A stretch of DNA of 63,752 nt, filler included, from Octopus bimaculoides (lineage: Eukaryota), in the NCBI RefSeq assembly GCF_001194135.2. It is 12 parts of 10 records of this genome, joined end to end, with 100 filler letters (N's around TTAATTAATTAA, not from the genome) between each part and the next. Parts side by side here need not be neighbours in the genome. Positions count along the whole stretch, not along the records: positions 1 to 12,133 come from NC_068989.1; positions 12,234 to 15,471 come from NW_026395718.1; 10 more parts are not named here. One strand, written 5' to 3'. A program made the translations under genes and the position numbers. Below, piece by piece: positions 1 through 12,435 of the stretch. How positions within the stretch are numbered: position 1 is the stretch's first letter; every line of letters begins with the position of its first letter. The notes beneath the pieces were generated by a model. The model saw only the letters and a program-made list of their open reading frames with translations, searched no databases and was not told where the DNA came from.

Positions 1-1162
1 TATATATATATATATATGAAATGATCTAGATCATACCCGATAAGTTTTAAAAGCTGACAATTCATATCACTTCGCACGTGCACGCACACGTGTGTTTGTG
101 TGTGCGTGCGTATATTTCAGCAAAGCAAGACCATCCCTGTTTCTATATGTGTCTCCATATATGCAAATATACGTTAAAATTTTATGTGCGTATTTTTCAC
201 GCAAACGTATCTAGTACACGCATACATATAACATAATCGGGACTAAGAACGCATATGGAAATCAAGGATCTGTTAAAATGCTTAGTTATATCACCGTGGA
301 TTCTTCTTCTTTACGTTCTGTTTCATTGCTTTATTTATGTACACAATCAGTTTATCACCGCCCTTACTTAGTCTGCCATATTCTGGAGATTGTTACCGCT
401 GACTTTTTGCTTGGACTATTAACCCATTACCTCCCATAATTCTATTAACTGGAATTTTTTTAATGAAACTTTGATTTTTAGCATAAAACAGCCTTAGAAA
501 AACACTGGAATGATCAAATTAACATTTCAAAATAACATTTCAAAATAACATTTTAAATATTGGGTGAAAAATTAGCAAACTTCAACTTTCACTTAAACGT
601 GATACACATATTAAGGAATAGTGCACATGCCATACTGTGTAATCTAGCTTAGTAATATGATATTATAGATGGGATGATGCAGTGCTAGTTAGCATGAAAA
701 GATATTTTTCATAAATCCTATCGTACGAGTACACCCACATACTTAAACGGAAATAACCTGCGCAGACAAGCACAAATTTACATATAAAAAAATACAAATA
801 CATACATATGTATCAAGAAATACATGCATGCACACATGTACTTGTAAGTGCAGTGTATACACAGATGGGTACACAAATGCTTGTGTCTTGTGTCTGTATA
901 TATAGTTTTATATATGTGTCTGTATGTCTGTATATATATATATATATATATATATGCATATATATTGCGTTTCAAACATTGATTTTTCTCAGAAAAATGA
1001 GAAAAAGGGAACCCACTATATGTGATAGAATATACGGTTTTGTTTAACTGAATTCCATTTATACCATCTCCCAACTAAATTCGTGCCACCGCACACGTCA
1101 GACAAACTTGAAGTTCGCAATTCAACCACTCACACTCTCCCCCCTCTCTCCCTCTCTCTATC

Positions 1163-1212
<50 letters not shown>

Positions 1213-1226
1213 TATATACCTGTATA

Positions 1227-2338
1227 CAGGGTGGGAAGTAAAACTTTGATATTCTTGAATCCTTACTTTTCATATATTCCTGAGCGCAAATACTAAAATA
1301 TTGTTTTCTATATAGAGTTAATTTAAGCAGGCGTTCCTGTCATACGATCTAGCACGTCCACTTAAGAAGCCAAGAGACAAACGCACAGTAGATTTGCTTC
1401 GTGTCGGGGTTGCAGCTAGAGGTATTACTGAAACTGGCGGAGCCTCTGTGAGCACTGTCTACAACGTTAACAACCGAATGCTGGCTATGGGAGGCATCAA
1501 GAGAAAGCCAAAATTTGGAAAGATCCAACAACATCCACGAAAAAACTGACCATGGATATGAAAGTTGATCCGATTATCATCAAAAATGTTGTACACACTA
1601 ATTTACATTTGACCCATGCAATGAAAGCCAGAACGCATGAAATGGCCAAAGCACAATGGAAAAACCGTCAAAATCTTTTCAGATGGAAAAAAATCTTTGA
1701 TGCGGTTTTAAACCGTCGCAGTGATCGATACATTGCTAAGTCACCTTCTGAAGGAGTAAGCACCCAGCTCAAGTGATGATACTTGGAGTCGTGGCGTCTG
1801 ACGGAAAAAAGATGCCTCTCCATTTTTCAACTCTGGGGAAAAGGTAGGGGCTAAAGTTATGATAAAACCCTGCAGTATAAAGTTTTGTCTTGGCTGAAGT
1901 CTAACTACCCCAACGGTAATTGTGTGTGGACCCAAGATGGTGCTCTGTTCATACGCTGAAGAAAGTGCAGAAATTTTGTGAAGACAACTTCGCCGACTTT
2001 TGGCCTACCAATTCTGGCTTTCTTCCAGCCTAGACTTAAACCCCCTGGACTATGCCAGATGGAGAAAATTGGAGCATTCTACTAACAAAACTTCGCTTCC
2101 AAGTCTTGAGCAACTTAAGCAAGTCACGAGGGAAGAGTTGGACAACATGAAGAGTTGTGACGCCTTCAAGTGGCGTGTAAAGTCTGTGGTGGACAATGAA
2201 GACTGGCATATTCAATAAATTGTCTCTTTATACCCCTATAAACTTGTGTTAAAATTATATTTACGTCAGGTTGTTGGTTGTAAAATAAACAATTTTATAA
2301 ATTATCTATTATTTTCCAAGTTTTGCTTACCCACTCTG
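1227..2338 (+). mobile_element. Decayed Tc1/mariner element, maT (DD37D)-type
   Basis: Imperfect TIRs (cagggtgggaagtaaaactt at 1227; reverse complement of the right end reads cagagtgggtaagcaaaactt), TA on both sides. Repairing two 1-bp deletions gives WTQDGA.VHT..KVQKFCEDNFADFWP..FW.SSS.DLNPLDY, with 37 residues between D (1936) and D (2048). Confidence 0.85.
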
Positions 2339-2340
2339 TA

Positions 2341-2372
<32 letters not shown>

Positions 2373-2379
2373 CATACAT

Positions 2380-2413
<34 letters not shown>

Positions 2414-2590
2414 NNNNNNNNNNNNNNNNNNNNNNNNNNNNNNNNNNNNNNNNNNNNNNNNNNNNNNNNNNNNNNNNNNNNNNNNNNNNNNNNNNNNNNN
2501 NNNNNNNNNNNNNNNNNNNNNNNNNNNNNNNNNNNNNNNNNNNNNNNNNNNNNNNNNNNNNNNNNNNNNNNNNNNNNNNNNNNNNNNNNN

Positions 2591-2623
<33 letters not shown>

Positions 2624-2625
<2 letters not shown>

Positions 2626-2800
2626 AACGAAACTCCGTGCATAGCATTTGAAAGAGATAGAAAGACGGGGAAATCCGTTGGTGACAAATCAGGAGAGTAC
2701 GGCGGGTGTGACAGCACTTCCAAGCCATGCGTTTGAATGGCTTCCTTGGTCATATTGGCGATATGAAGGTGGGCGTTATTTTTGAGGTCAGCATATACAA
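2624..2800 (-). mobile_element. Mariner transposase C-terminal fragment
   Basis: Minus strand reads NNAHLHIANMTKEAIQTHGLEVLSHPPYSPDLSPTDF, matching the mariner HDNARPH...HPPYSPDLAPSDF motifs. Confidence 0.85.
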
Positions 2801-3039
2801 AATCACATAGATTTGAAAGAGTACAACTTTCAAGGCAAAGGTCATCGGGTAGTTTGATTTTGAATTTATCTAGGCTTTGTTCTACAGAAATGTTACCATT
2901 TCCTATATCAAGAAGTTAAGCAGCAAACTCTCTTTCATAAGAATGAACTTCTGTAAGAAGTCTTAGATTGGTTGTGAACTCTACTACTTCTATATGATCA
3001 CAAAGAAAAGATCTCTTTAGTGTTGCATCAACATTTTGT

Positions 3040-3180
3040 CGGAAACAGAATCATGTCTACGTCCTCGTGCATATTCAGACATCAAATTCAGTCACTTTGC
3101 TCTGGTTTCATCTGATTCAGTTGCCCGTCTTTCTCTCTGCTGTTGTGCTTTGCTGCTAAATTTTCTTTTCAGTCGCATAA
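3040..3180 (-). mobile_element. Possible Helitron-like N-terminal charged repeat remnant
   Basis: Minus strand reads KAQQQRERRATESDETRAK*LNLMSEYARGRR, resembling R/E-rich repeats at the N-terminus of some RepHel proteins. No Rep or helicase motif seen. Confidence 0.25.
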
Positions 3181-3357
3181 TACATATAAACGAATGCTCG
3201 TTAACAATTATCTTGTTTAGCGTGCTATAAATAGTAGCGGTCACATAGTTATTATTGTAAGCTATAAGCCTTACACATAGTTATTATTGTAAGGCTTATA
3301 GCGTTCCAAGTAGCCAGGCCAACAAAATCACTTCTTCATTGAAAAAAAAAAAAAAAA

Positions 3358-3625
3358 ATTATACCCGTATATTTAAGAATTTTAATTTTATTGAAAATAT
3401 TCATTTAACAATCTCAGGAAGCTGATAATATTCTTGAAATTGTGCCTCGTATCAAAGTTATACAGCTAGTTTGTGTAATAGCATGCATTCATTCAACACA
3501 AAATCACTTAAAAATTATACTGGTATATTAAAAAAATTTCATTTTATCAAAAATATTCATTTAACAAACTCCAGAAACTGATAATATTCTTGAAATTGTG
3601 TCTCACATCAAAGTCATATAGCTAT
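3358..3625. repeat. Diverged tandem duplication (about 110 bp shared, about 155 bp period)
   Basis: aaaatattcatttaaca...ctgataatattcttgaaattgtg...atcaaagt occurs at about 3395-3460 and again at about 3550-3615. Confidence 0.8.
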
Positions 3626-3738
3626 TATTTAATTATTATAAATGTAAATAGGGAATGAGAGACTGTTGCAGATTAAAATGTAAAATGTTGCCTGCAACGA
3701 ATTAATAGTGTTTACTATTAAACATTAAAATCTAATCC

Positions 3739-3862
3739 GCAGTGAATGCAATGAATATTTAAATTTATGAAGAACTGGATGCAGTGAATGCAATGAATAT
3801 TTGAATTTATGGAGAATTGGACGCAGTGAATGCCATGAATATTTAAATTTGAGAGAATTTGG
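3739..3862. repeat. About 42-bp minisatellite, 3 copies
   Basis: Unit gcagtgaatgcaatgaatattt(a/g)aatttatg..gaa.tgga. repeated three times. Confidence 0.8.
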
Positions 3863-4803
3863 AGTTTATTATAAAAATTCAATAAACTGCATAAATCGAT
3901 ATTATAAGAAATTTCTTGGAACATGAATTTATAACAATATTTCCAGACGGTCAAGCTTTTAATATTGCTTTCTTTTAGTACTTTTAGTAATTGTTACATA
4001 CCTAATTAATAAACAGCTTTCTCCATTATAGTATCTAGATATATATATATTATATGTGTATATTATATGTATATATATATATATGTATATANNNNNNNNN
4101 NNNNNNNNNNNNNNNNNNNNNNNNNNNNNNNNNNNNNNNNNNNNNNNNNNNNNNNNNNNNNNNNNNNNNNNNNNNNNNNNNNNNNNNNNNNNNNNNNNNN
4201 NNNNNNNNNNNNNNNNNNNNNNNNNNNNNNNNNNNNNNNNNNNNNNNNNNNNNNNNNNNNNNNNNNNNNNNNNNNNNNNNNNNNNNNNNNNNNNNNNNNN
4301 NNNNNNNNNNNNNNNNNNNNNNNNNNNNNNNNNNNNNNNNNNNNNNNNNNNNNNNNNNNNNNNNNNNNNNNNNNNNNNNNNNNNNNNNNNNNNNNNNNNN
4401 NNNNNNNNNNNNNNNNNNNNNNNNNNNNNNNNNNNNNNNNNNNNNNNNNNNNNNNNNNNNNNNNNNNNNNNNNNNNNNNNNNNNNNNNNNNNNNNNNNNN
4501 NNNNNNNNNNNNNNNNNNNNNNNNNNNNNNNNNNNNNNNNNNNNNNNNNNNNNNNNNNNNNNNNNNNNNNNNNNNNNNNNNNNNNNNNNNNNNNNNNNNN
4601 NNNNNNNNNNNNNNNNNNNNNNNNNNNNNNNNNNNNNNNNNNNNNNNNNNNNNNNNNNNNNNNNNNNNNNNNNNNNNNNNNNNNNNNNNNNNNNNNNNNN
4701 NNNNNNNNNNNNNNNNNNNNNNNNNNNNNNNNNNNNNNNNNNNNNNNNNNNNNNNNNNNNTATATATATATATATATATATACATATGTATATATGTGTG
4801 TGC

Positions 4804-4842
<39 letters not shown>

Positions 4843-6455
4843 AAAAAATCTGTGTACATGTAAATTCAGTATGAGTACAAACCTTGTAGTTTGCTTTAAA
4901 AAGGCTTGTTCAGGGATATCTGCTAAGAAATGTTATCATACAATGTGATCGATATATCACTGCATATACACCTGAAATTCTCTGATATCTGAAGAGTTTA
5001 TCTTCAAAATATGAACAATACAAAAACTGATTGAACTCCGCACTTTATTGCATGTTCCAACGTCGTTTCGCCAGCAGAAACATTGATTAAGAATGATATG
5101 AAACATAAATTATTAGCACATCATTCTACGTTGAAACAAATGTAGAGCTATGCAATAAAGTGTATTGCTCAATTCAGTTTCCATTATATGCTTGTGCATG
5201 TATATGTGTGTGTACGTGTGTGTACGTGTGTATGAGTGTGTGTGTGTGTGTATGTGTATGTGTGTGTCTGCGTGTATGCGTATTAAATATTCCCGATTAT
5301 CAACTTGTTAACCTTGTATTAAAATCCACTGCAAATGCTTTCAGCCTTAAGTTATTTCATTTTTCTGCAGCTTTGTTCAATTGGTGCTAGGCAGATAACA
5401 TTCTATTGCAATACTAAATGATGTAGTACCACATTCCATCAAGAAAAAGTCTCAAATCTCGTCAATTACTTGTCATTACATCTCTGTTTCATTTAAGCTC
5501 CTATTAATTATTTGAATCTTCGAATTAATTGTACTCAAGACTCATAAATATTTAGTTAAACCATATCAGTATATTGTCTGAGCTGTAAATCAACTTCAAC
5601 CTATTTCACCTCAATTAATTATCTTGTAACATATCTGCTGAGAATGTTACTTGTAAAATATCGGTGTAGTATGCACGATATAAGTTATCGTTCTTGAAAA
5701 TGAATGCAAGCATCAACCGTATGTTTGTTTCAGATATCGGCACTGAACTGTTAAAGAGTTTAATACTCTGATACCTATCTGTCGCAACGTAATGATCTGT
5801 TATTAATGGGCCAATAATTTCGTTTGACGAATATCTATGAGCGGAACATCATATGATGAATATCATATGACCGGAAAATGTGAGAGTTAACGTTAGCAGC
5901 TCGCATTCCGAAACAGATAACAGGAATTATGTGTTGAGATTCTAACTTCGTCACTCATATCCGGTAATAACTCTTTCAAACATTGCCTTTACATCATGCA
6001 TTTCTCAATCATCATATTGCATTCCATTCACCATATATAGCAAATTCTTTTACCGAATCCTGCATAAGTTTCACAGCTTTCCAAAGTATGCAGCACAAAA
6101 ATAAATTGACAGCTTATCTAGAAATTAATATTGATAGTAACCACATAGAACCTAAAAAAAATATCTTTAAGCTTATTTAGCAGACGTATCTTTCATTAAG
6201 TATTCATCTCTGTTGAATTCAAATTAATTTGATTAAAAGAAAACTGTTATGATAGTCCTAAGAAAATAAATAATTCATGTTGGTGTCTCAGTATTTTTCC
6301 TGGTAATAAATTCAACTTTTGCATGTCATGAAGTTATATTTAGATTTTACTTACCACATTCGGACATAGTTTAGCTTAATTTCAGGCAATGAAATTGAGC
6401 TTAATAACCTACAAATGGATCAGGAAAATATTGATTTCTATATCAGACGTGACTG

Positions 6456-6845
6456 TGTGGTAAGAAGCTTGCTTCCAAACCACATGGTTCCGAGTTCAGT
6501 CCTACTGCGAGGCACCTTGGGCAAGTGTCTTCTATAGCCTCGGGCCGACCAAAGCCTTGTGAGTGGATTTGGTAGATAGAAACTGAAAAAATCCCGTCGT
6601 ATATGTATATATTTTTGTGTCTATCTGTCTGGTTGTCCTCCACCATCGCTTGACAACCGATGTTGGTGTGTTTACATCCCCGTAACATAGCAGCTCGGCA
6701 AAAGAAACCAATAGAATAAGTACCAGGCTTACAGAGAATAAGGAGAATAAGACCTGGAGTCAATTTTCTTTAACTAAAAGGTGGTGCTCCAGTATGGCCG
6801 CAGTCAAACGACTGAAACAAATTAAGGAGTTAAAGAATTAAAGAC
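6456..6845 (+). mobile_element. tRNA-derived SINE, family A (bipartite, internal microsatellite, CORE-like segment)
   Basis: Head gtgtggtaagaagcttgcttcc...gagttcagtcc (B-box-like), ggcaccttgggcaagtgtctt segment, (TA)/(TG) middle, 3' half ending gactgaaacaa. Many homologous copies elsewhere in the window. Confidence 0.85.
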
Positions 6846-8786
6846 TACCAGAGTTATACTAATCATTACTTCCACCATTGCTTGAGTGATATTCATTTTA
6901 TTAACTACAAGGAAAGAAAAACAAAGTTAACATGATAGTACCACTTAAAGCATTCCCTATTGATTGGTTCAAGAAAATAGTGCATCCAATACACATTATA
7001 TTCATCTAAGAAAACATCTACAAAATCTATACTCAATCAAGAAGGCCACCAACGTAAACATACACATACCAAAAATAGACTGTTCTTGATGATTATAATC
7101 TCCAAGAAATGTTAACGAGAAATATACTACATATACAGTGTGTTATTGTAGAACTGTTACTAGAGCAGAACTTAGTTAACCGCACTCCAGCTAGACGTGA
7201 CCATCTCGTCTTTTAGAAGTATTTAGTGACTACTTAGTTTAATGCTTCTTTCCCATTACTTATGACCCAAGGATATGATTTGAGAAAGATCGATTTTGCT
7301 ATTTATAGCAAGCCAATCAACTCTCTCAAGATTCTCTCGTTTCCTCGTCACAAACATATTGGGTTTATAGTATATGTAACATAATTATATTTGGATGATT
7401 CGATAAATATATGGTTAATTTCAATAATATAATGGATTTTTGTTCGGCAGCCTATTGTCTCAGCTAGTTTAAATGATATACAAAATTATCATAAAACTAT
7501 TGAATGTTAGCTTTTATTTTGAGGACACAGCGTAAAGTAAAATTCGAATACTTCCCGGTTATCTGTTGCAATTATAACTACGGCTAAAAAATGAATGGGT
7601 TTTTTTTCCTATTTCACAACGGTAATAGATAGGAACAGTGCCAGGCTGCTGCTGTAGTTGTCGCATCACTTGTTTTATTATGAAATGGTTTCGTCATTCA
7701 GCTCGTATCTCGGACATGCCTGCTCGGTATTATGTCTGTGACTGTCAAGCTTGTCCAAAACCGACAATGCATGCCGTTTGTAGTCAGGCCAGAGATATAT
7801 GACAATTGTTCATAGTCCTTGGATCGAAACAGAACCAACCTGGCAAGTTCCTTCCTTCTGACACCCACAGCTTACGGAGTAATCATTACCCGCCTCCACA
7901 AATGTTTCTCTAAAGAACGTTGTTTCTACTTTAGTTTATTCTGATATTTTGCTCAATTTTGTATTTTGGCACTTAAATGATTTTTTTTTTCAGTTATATC
8001 GTCGTAAACTAGATATTTTTTTAAAAACTATAGTTTTAATTTAGATCGTACCTTTTAGTTTCTTTACTAACAGGGTAGATCAGTGACATATGGAGGTTCT
8101 TGTATTGGGTGCGCTGCCATACCCAATACCACCAAATTTCAAGCAAGGGTATAACAAAATTTTTCCATTAAAATTTGTGATTAAACTAATGAGTAAAGTT
8201 AATATTTATAATGAATTTGCCGTTTTCGATTAGTGGGCAGCGCCCCTGGAGTAAATCCTTTTCTTTTGTTTGTTGTTTGTTCGTTTTTCATTCCTACACG
8301 TATTACCTATCCTTTGTTTGCATCTAAATATTTTTCAACTGTTACCGTTTTTACTGTGAAGTATTTTTTCAGTTGTATCACGTCCCGACGTTACTGTGCG
8401 CAGGATAAAATAAACTTTTAATATGAACTTGTATTTGAGTGTAGTTCGTAATGCTGTACTTCCCTCCCAGGATTTTCGGTCTAAGCTCATTAATTCATAT
8501 AAATTCCTGTTTATTATGAAGATGCTTCGGTTTAAAACTAAGACAACCATTGTATCTATACATCGTATCATATTTTTAGTTTTGACTTCACTTTTTAAAA
8601 TTAATTCAATGCTTCTGATAATAGTCTGACTTTTTAATTTTCTAGGCTATTGCTTGTGATATATCTTATCAAGTTTGTCTTCTGTTAAGTATTTGCTTGG
8701 CTAGTTCTGGTTTAATTCGGTGGTTTCAGTGTTTGAAACTAATTAAATTTTCCTAGTTTTATCTTTCGACCACGCATACACACACA

Positions 8787-8925
8787 CGTCTGGTAAGAAG
8801 CTTCTTTCCCATTAACATGGTTCCGGGTTCGGTGCCACTGCGTGACACCCTCGGCAAGTGTCTTCTACTATGCCCTCGGGTTGACCAAAGCCTTGTGAGT
8901 GGATTTGGTAGAAGGATTTTGGTAG
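8787..8925 (+). mobile_element. Family A SINE, 5' half only
   Basis: Homologous to 6464-6590. Confidence 0.8.
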
Positions 8926-8934
8926 AAGGAAGTG

Positions 8935-11180
8935 GAGTTCCGCAGTGTCAACACAGAGGAACTAGGCCTCCTACTCAGACTAATATATGACAATGAATAT
9001 CTAAACAAATATGACCTTGGAAGTTTCTGCCCAGTAGACGTTTAAGAGGTAAACCCCTACAATCACATTCATGGCTAGGAAGACCCATATAGAGAGATGG
9101 AGCGGATGGGCCAGAGCCATACGGACCCCGAAAACCAATATCAAGTAAAGAAAATGATCGCACATGCACTCGGAGCTAGTATAAGAGTTACCCTAAAACG
9201 CCACACGTGTAACAACAAAATATACGCGCAGGCTGAGGGGGTGGTCATCGGAATTAGCATCGCCAGTGATGTAGCCACCCATCAACTTACCTTCTGGATC
9301 CAGGATGACTGCCTTTGTTTTCAAATCCAGACCCTTTCGGAAAACCACCACAGGGGCTAACACGGAAATAGAAAAGTCTCGTAGCCACCGAAAAAAGTGA
9401 TGAGGTCTCGTTGGTCAGATAGTCTGGATTCACTAATGGATGCAACATCTGCACTAAGGGACCTCAGGTCATTTAAAAGGTAACCTTATTTTCAAGTAGA
9501 CCGAAGGCCCCTGATAGTTATACAACCTATTCTGAGCATTACCATGTTAAAATAAATTTAAGATGGAGAACAGCTCTGCTTATCACTGTTGTCTGGCAGG
9601 GGTGTTCCCTTGGTCTTTGGTGTGGACATTTCCACGAGTTTTTATACAGTCTTTTAGAGAAAGTCTTTTGGAACAACCCAGTAGCGTTTGGAAAATTTAT
9701 TTATAAAATGTTGTAGGTTTCCTGCTTCAGTTTTAAAGTTTGTATACCTGGTGGTCGTGCATTGTGTGTCGGGAAGACAAAGTCTTCCATTGTGGCGTTT
9801 GTGTTTTCTCTAGTGAGTTTAACAAACTTTATATTGTCTGTGTTGATGACTGCGAGGGTGGTGGTATTTTTGCAGTCTGTGTTGTGCATTATGTTGGTGT
9901 CTGAGTTGGCAGTTCTGGTGGAAGTCGTGTTGCTGATGTTGGGAAGTTTTGTTTGTGCCTCCCTCTCTTTCTTCTGTCTTTTTTTTCTTTTTTTTTTTTT
10001 TTTTTTNNNNNNNNNNNNNNNNNNNNNNNNNNNNNNNNNNNNNNNNNNNNNNNNNNNNNNNNNNNNNNNNNNNNNNNNNNNNNNNNNNNNNNNNNNNNNN
10101 NNNNNNNNNNNNNNNNNNNNNNNNNNNNNNNNNNNNNNNNNNNNNNNNNNNNNNNNNNNNNNNNNNNNNNNNNNNNNNNNNNNNNNNNNNNNNNNNNNNN
10201 NNNNNNNNNNNNNNNNNNNNNNNNNNNNNNNNNNNNNNNNNNNNNNNNNNNNNNNNNNNNNNNNNNNNNNNNNNNNNNNNNNNNNNNNNNNNNNNNNNNN
10301 NNNNNNNNNNNNNNNNNNNNNNNNNNNNNNNNNNNNNNNNNNNNNNGTGTCGGACGCATCTTGTATTTTTGGTAGTCGACCTTGAGGTGCTGATTGTTTC
10401 CACAAAAGTAGCACCTCGGCCTCCTGTCCTCCACAACTACGTGTAGTCTCGTGCCGCCAGTAAGTTTATGGAGTCAGGGATAGAATTTAGGGCATCTTGT
10501 TCAATTTGAAGAAAGAGCTCCAACCCCTGACTCGTCCAATTTTGTTGGCGCAATTTATGCACCTCCAGTATTGTGATGGTATCATCTATATCAGAGGACA
10601 GCCGAATCGTTTTCCACATGTAACATATGTTTTATTCTTCCAAATTTGTTTTAAAATTAGTTGCAGTTGTTGCTATGTTGCTCGTTCCAATGCCTATTTT
10701 TGTTTATAGTTTTGTACGTAATTGTTTTTCTGTTTGTGTCCATAATAATTTCTTGTGGGGCATTTAGTGAGATTTTATTGCCTTGTCTCTCTAATAACCC
10801 CTTTGAATATTTTAAATCCTCTAATGTGACGTTTATCTTATCTCTTGTTTGTTTCGCTGCGAAAGTGAAACCGTGTGTGTTGGATTTTTCATTTACGTTT
10901 TTGCTTGCATTTTCTTCGTTGTTTTTCTTGTTCATGTCGGTGGTGGCGTTAGCGGTGTTTCTTGACTTTTTTTCTTTTTCTGTGTTAATGATGGTGCTGG
11001 GGATGTAAGTGATGTTGGTACTGTTATTTGTGCTGTTCGGAGGTGGGGTGGGCGAATCTGCGTGATATTGACCGTCAGAACAGCCACTACCACACCCCTC
11101 GACAAAGGAAGCCAAAAAATGTTAAAGGACAAAAAGTCCAAAATTCACCCCTAAAAGGGGGAACATTTAACAAAAGAATA
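8935..11180 (-). mobile_element. Tx1/L1-clade non-LTR retrotransposon, 5' part (gag-like ORF1 plus start of AP endonuclease), disabled
   Basis: ORF1 remnant includes YVVVEDRRPRCYFCGNNQHLKVDY (CCHC knuckle at 10413-10372, last Cys changed to Tyr). ORF2 from 9545 reads MVMLRIGCITIRGLRST*K*GYLLNDLRSLSADVASISESRL and later VVFRKGLDLKTKAVILDPEGKL, like the L1/Tx1 endonuclease N-terminus. Stops, frameshifts and one assembly gap. Confidence 0.75.
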
Positions 11181-11287
11181 CCTCATGCAGAAAACAAAAA
11201 CAGTTAAACAAAACAGTCAACAACCTTCAATAACACACAACAAAAATTCCAACTTACGGAGCGCTCTAAACACGTCAAACCAAAGCG

Positions 11288-11378
<91 letters not shown>

Positions 11379-11380
11379 AA
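11288..11380. repeat. (AAC)n-(AAT)n compound microsatellite
   Basis: Directly visible. Confidence 0.95.
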
Positions 11381-11382
11381 AT

Positions 11383-11560
11383 AATTGTTTCAAATTTTGC
11401 CACAAGGGCAGAAATTTTGGGAGAGGGGATGAGTCGATTACATCGACCTCAGTGTTCAACTGGTACTTAATTTATCGACCTCAACAGGATGAACGGTAAA
11501 GTCGGCCTTGGCAGAATTTGAACTCAGAAGGTAAAGACGGAAGAAATACCGCTAAGAGTT
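11383..11560 (-). mobile_element. tRNA-derived SINE, family C
   Basis: Reverse complement of the gagttcaaattccgccgaggtcgactttgc...ggggtcgat...agtaccagt family also seen at 19565 and 28948. Confidence 0.75.
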
Positions 11561-11759
11561 TCCCAACAATAATAATAACAATGGTAACAACACCAATAAT
11601 TATAATGATAAGAAGATGGAATTGTAGAATCATTCGAGCATTGGACAAAATACCGAGTGGTATTAGGAATTTACGGGTTGGTGTGGAGGCGGAAAAGTTC
11701 CTGGCTTTGGGTAAAAGAAAATACAGGACGATCATTAACTAGGATTTTATTCAAGATAT

Positions 11760-12133
11760 TCCCCTCTCAGATTCACACACTTATCGCAGGGGTCCTTCGG
11801 TTTTTCTAAGCCCTGTAAAAAGAACACAACAAAGCAGAAGACCCTGCTTGAATTTTTACTTCAGTATTGTCTATGGTTCTTCCGTAACCAGAGACGTAGG
11901 AAATAGTAGATCATTCTAAACGAAACAGCATCACCAAACTAACTAGACGGGAGATTTCTTTTCCTATTTCCAGTTGAAATAACATAGAACTCACTGTTTT
12001 TTTAATTCTTTTTTGAGTCTCAGCCAATGTACCTGTTCTGAGTGTTAGAACGTTTGATGCAGAGATACTCCGATGCCAACTCTATTAACACAAGCCTCTA
12101 TTTGTACAAAGAAATGGTGTATTCATATTTATC
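11760..12133 (-). mobile_element. Possible Ty3/gypsy RNase H remnant
   Basis: Minus strand FVQIEACVNRVGIGVSLHQ resembles DAS..GIGAVL.Q. Heavily disrupted, so weak. Confidence 0.3.
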
Positions 12134-12233
12134 NNNNNNNNNNNNNNNNNNNNNNNNNNNNNNNNNNNNNNNNNNNNTTAATTAATTAANNNNNNNNNNN
12201 NNNNNNNNNNNNNNNNNNNNNNNNNNNNNNNNN

Positions 12234-12400
12234 AGGGCCGGCTTTGTCACGCTATGTGTCACGCTGAGTCTCCCTGAGAACTATGTTAGGGTTACATGTG
12301 TCTATGGATTGCTCAGTCACTTGCACATTAATTTCATGAGCAGGCTGTTCTGTTGATTGTATCAGCTGGGACCCTTGTCGTAGTAACTGATGGAGTGCTC
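12234..12400 (+). mobile_element. Family B SINE, 3' half
   Basis: gtgtcacgctga...gagaacta...ttaatttcatgagcaggctgttc...gatggagtgc matches the tail of the 20601 and 56098 copies. Confidence 0.8.
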
Positions 12401-12435
12401 CTTTTTTTTATATATATATATGTATATAGATACTT

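Noticed and set aside
8230-8600. Possible PLE endonuclease remnant (INELRPK-like) on the minus strand
   Set aside because: A single weak motif with no GIY-YIG core, so not supportable.
12178-12189. TTAATTAATTAA islands centred in N runs (also near 15516, 19145, 23328, 26288, 40876, 44337, 52381, 55073, 58064, 61873)
   Set aside because: The identical 12-mer always sits inside same-sized gaps and has stops in all six frames. It is a scaffolding spacer, not biology.
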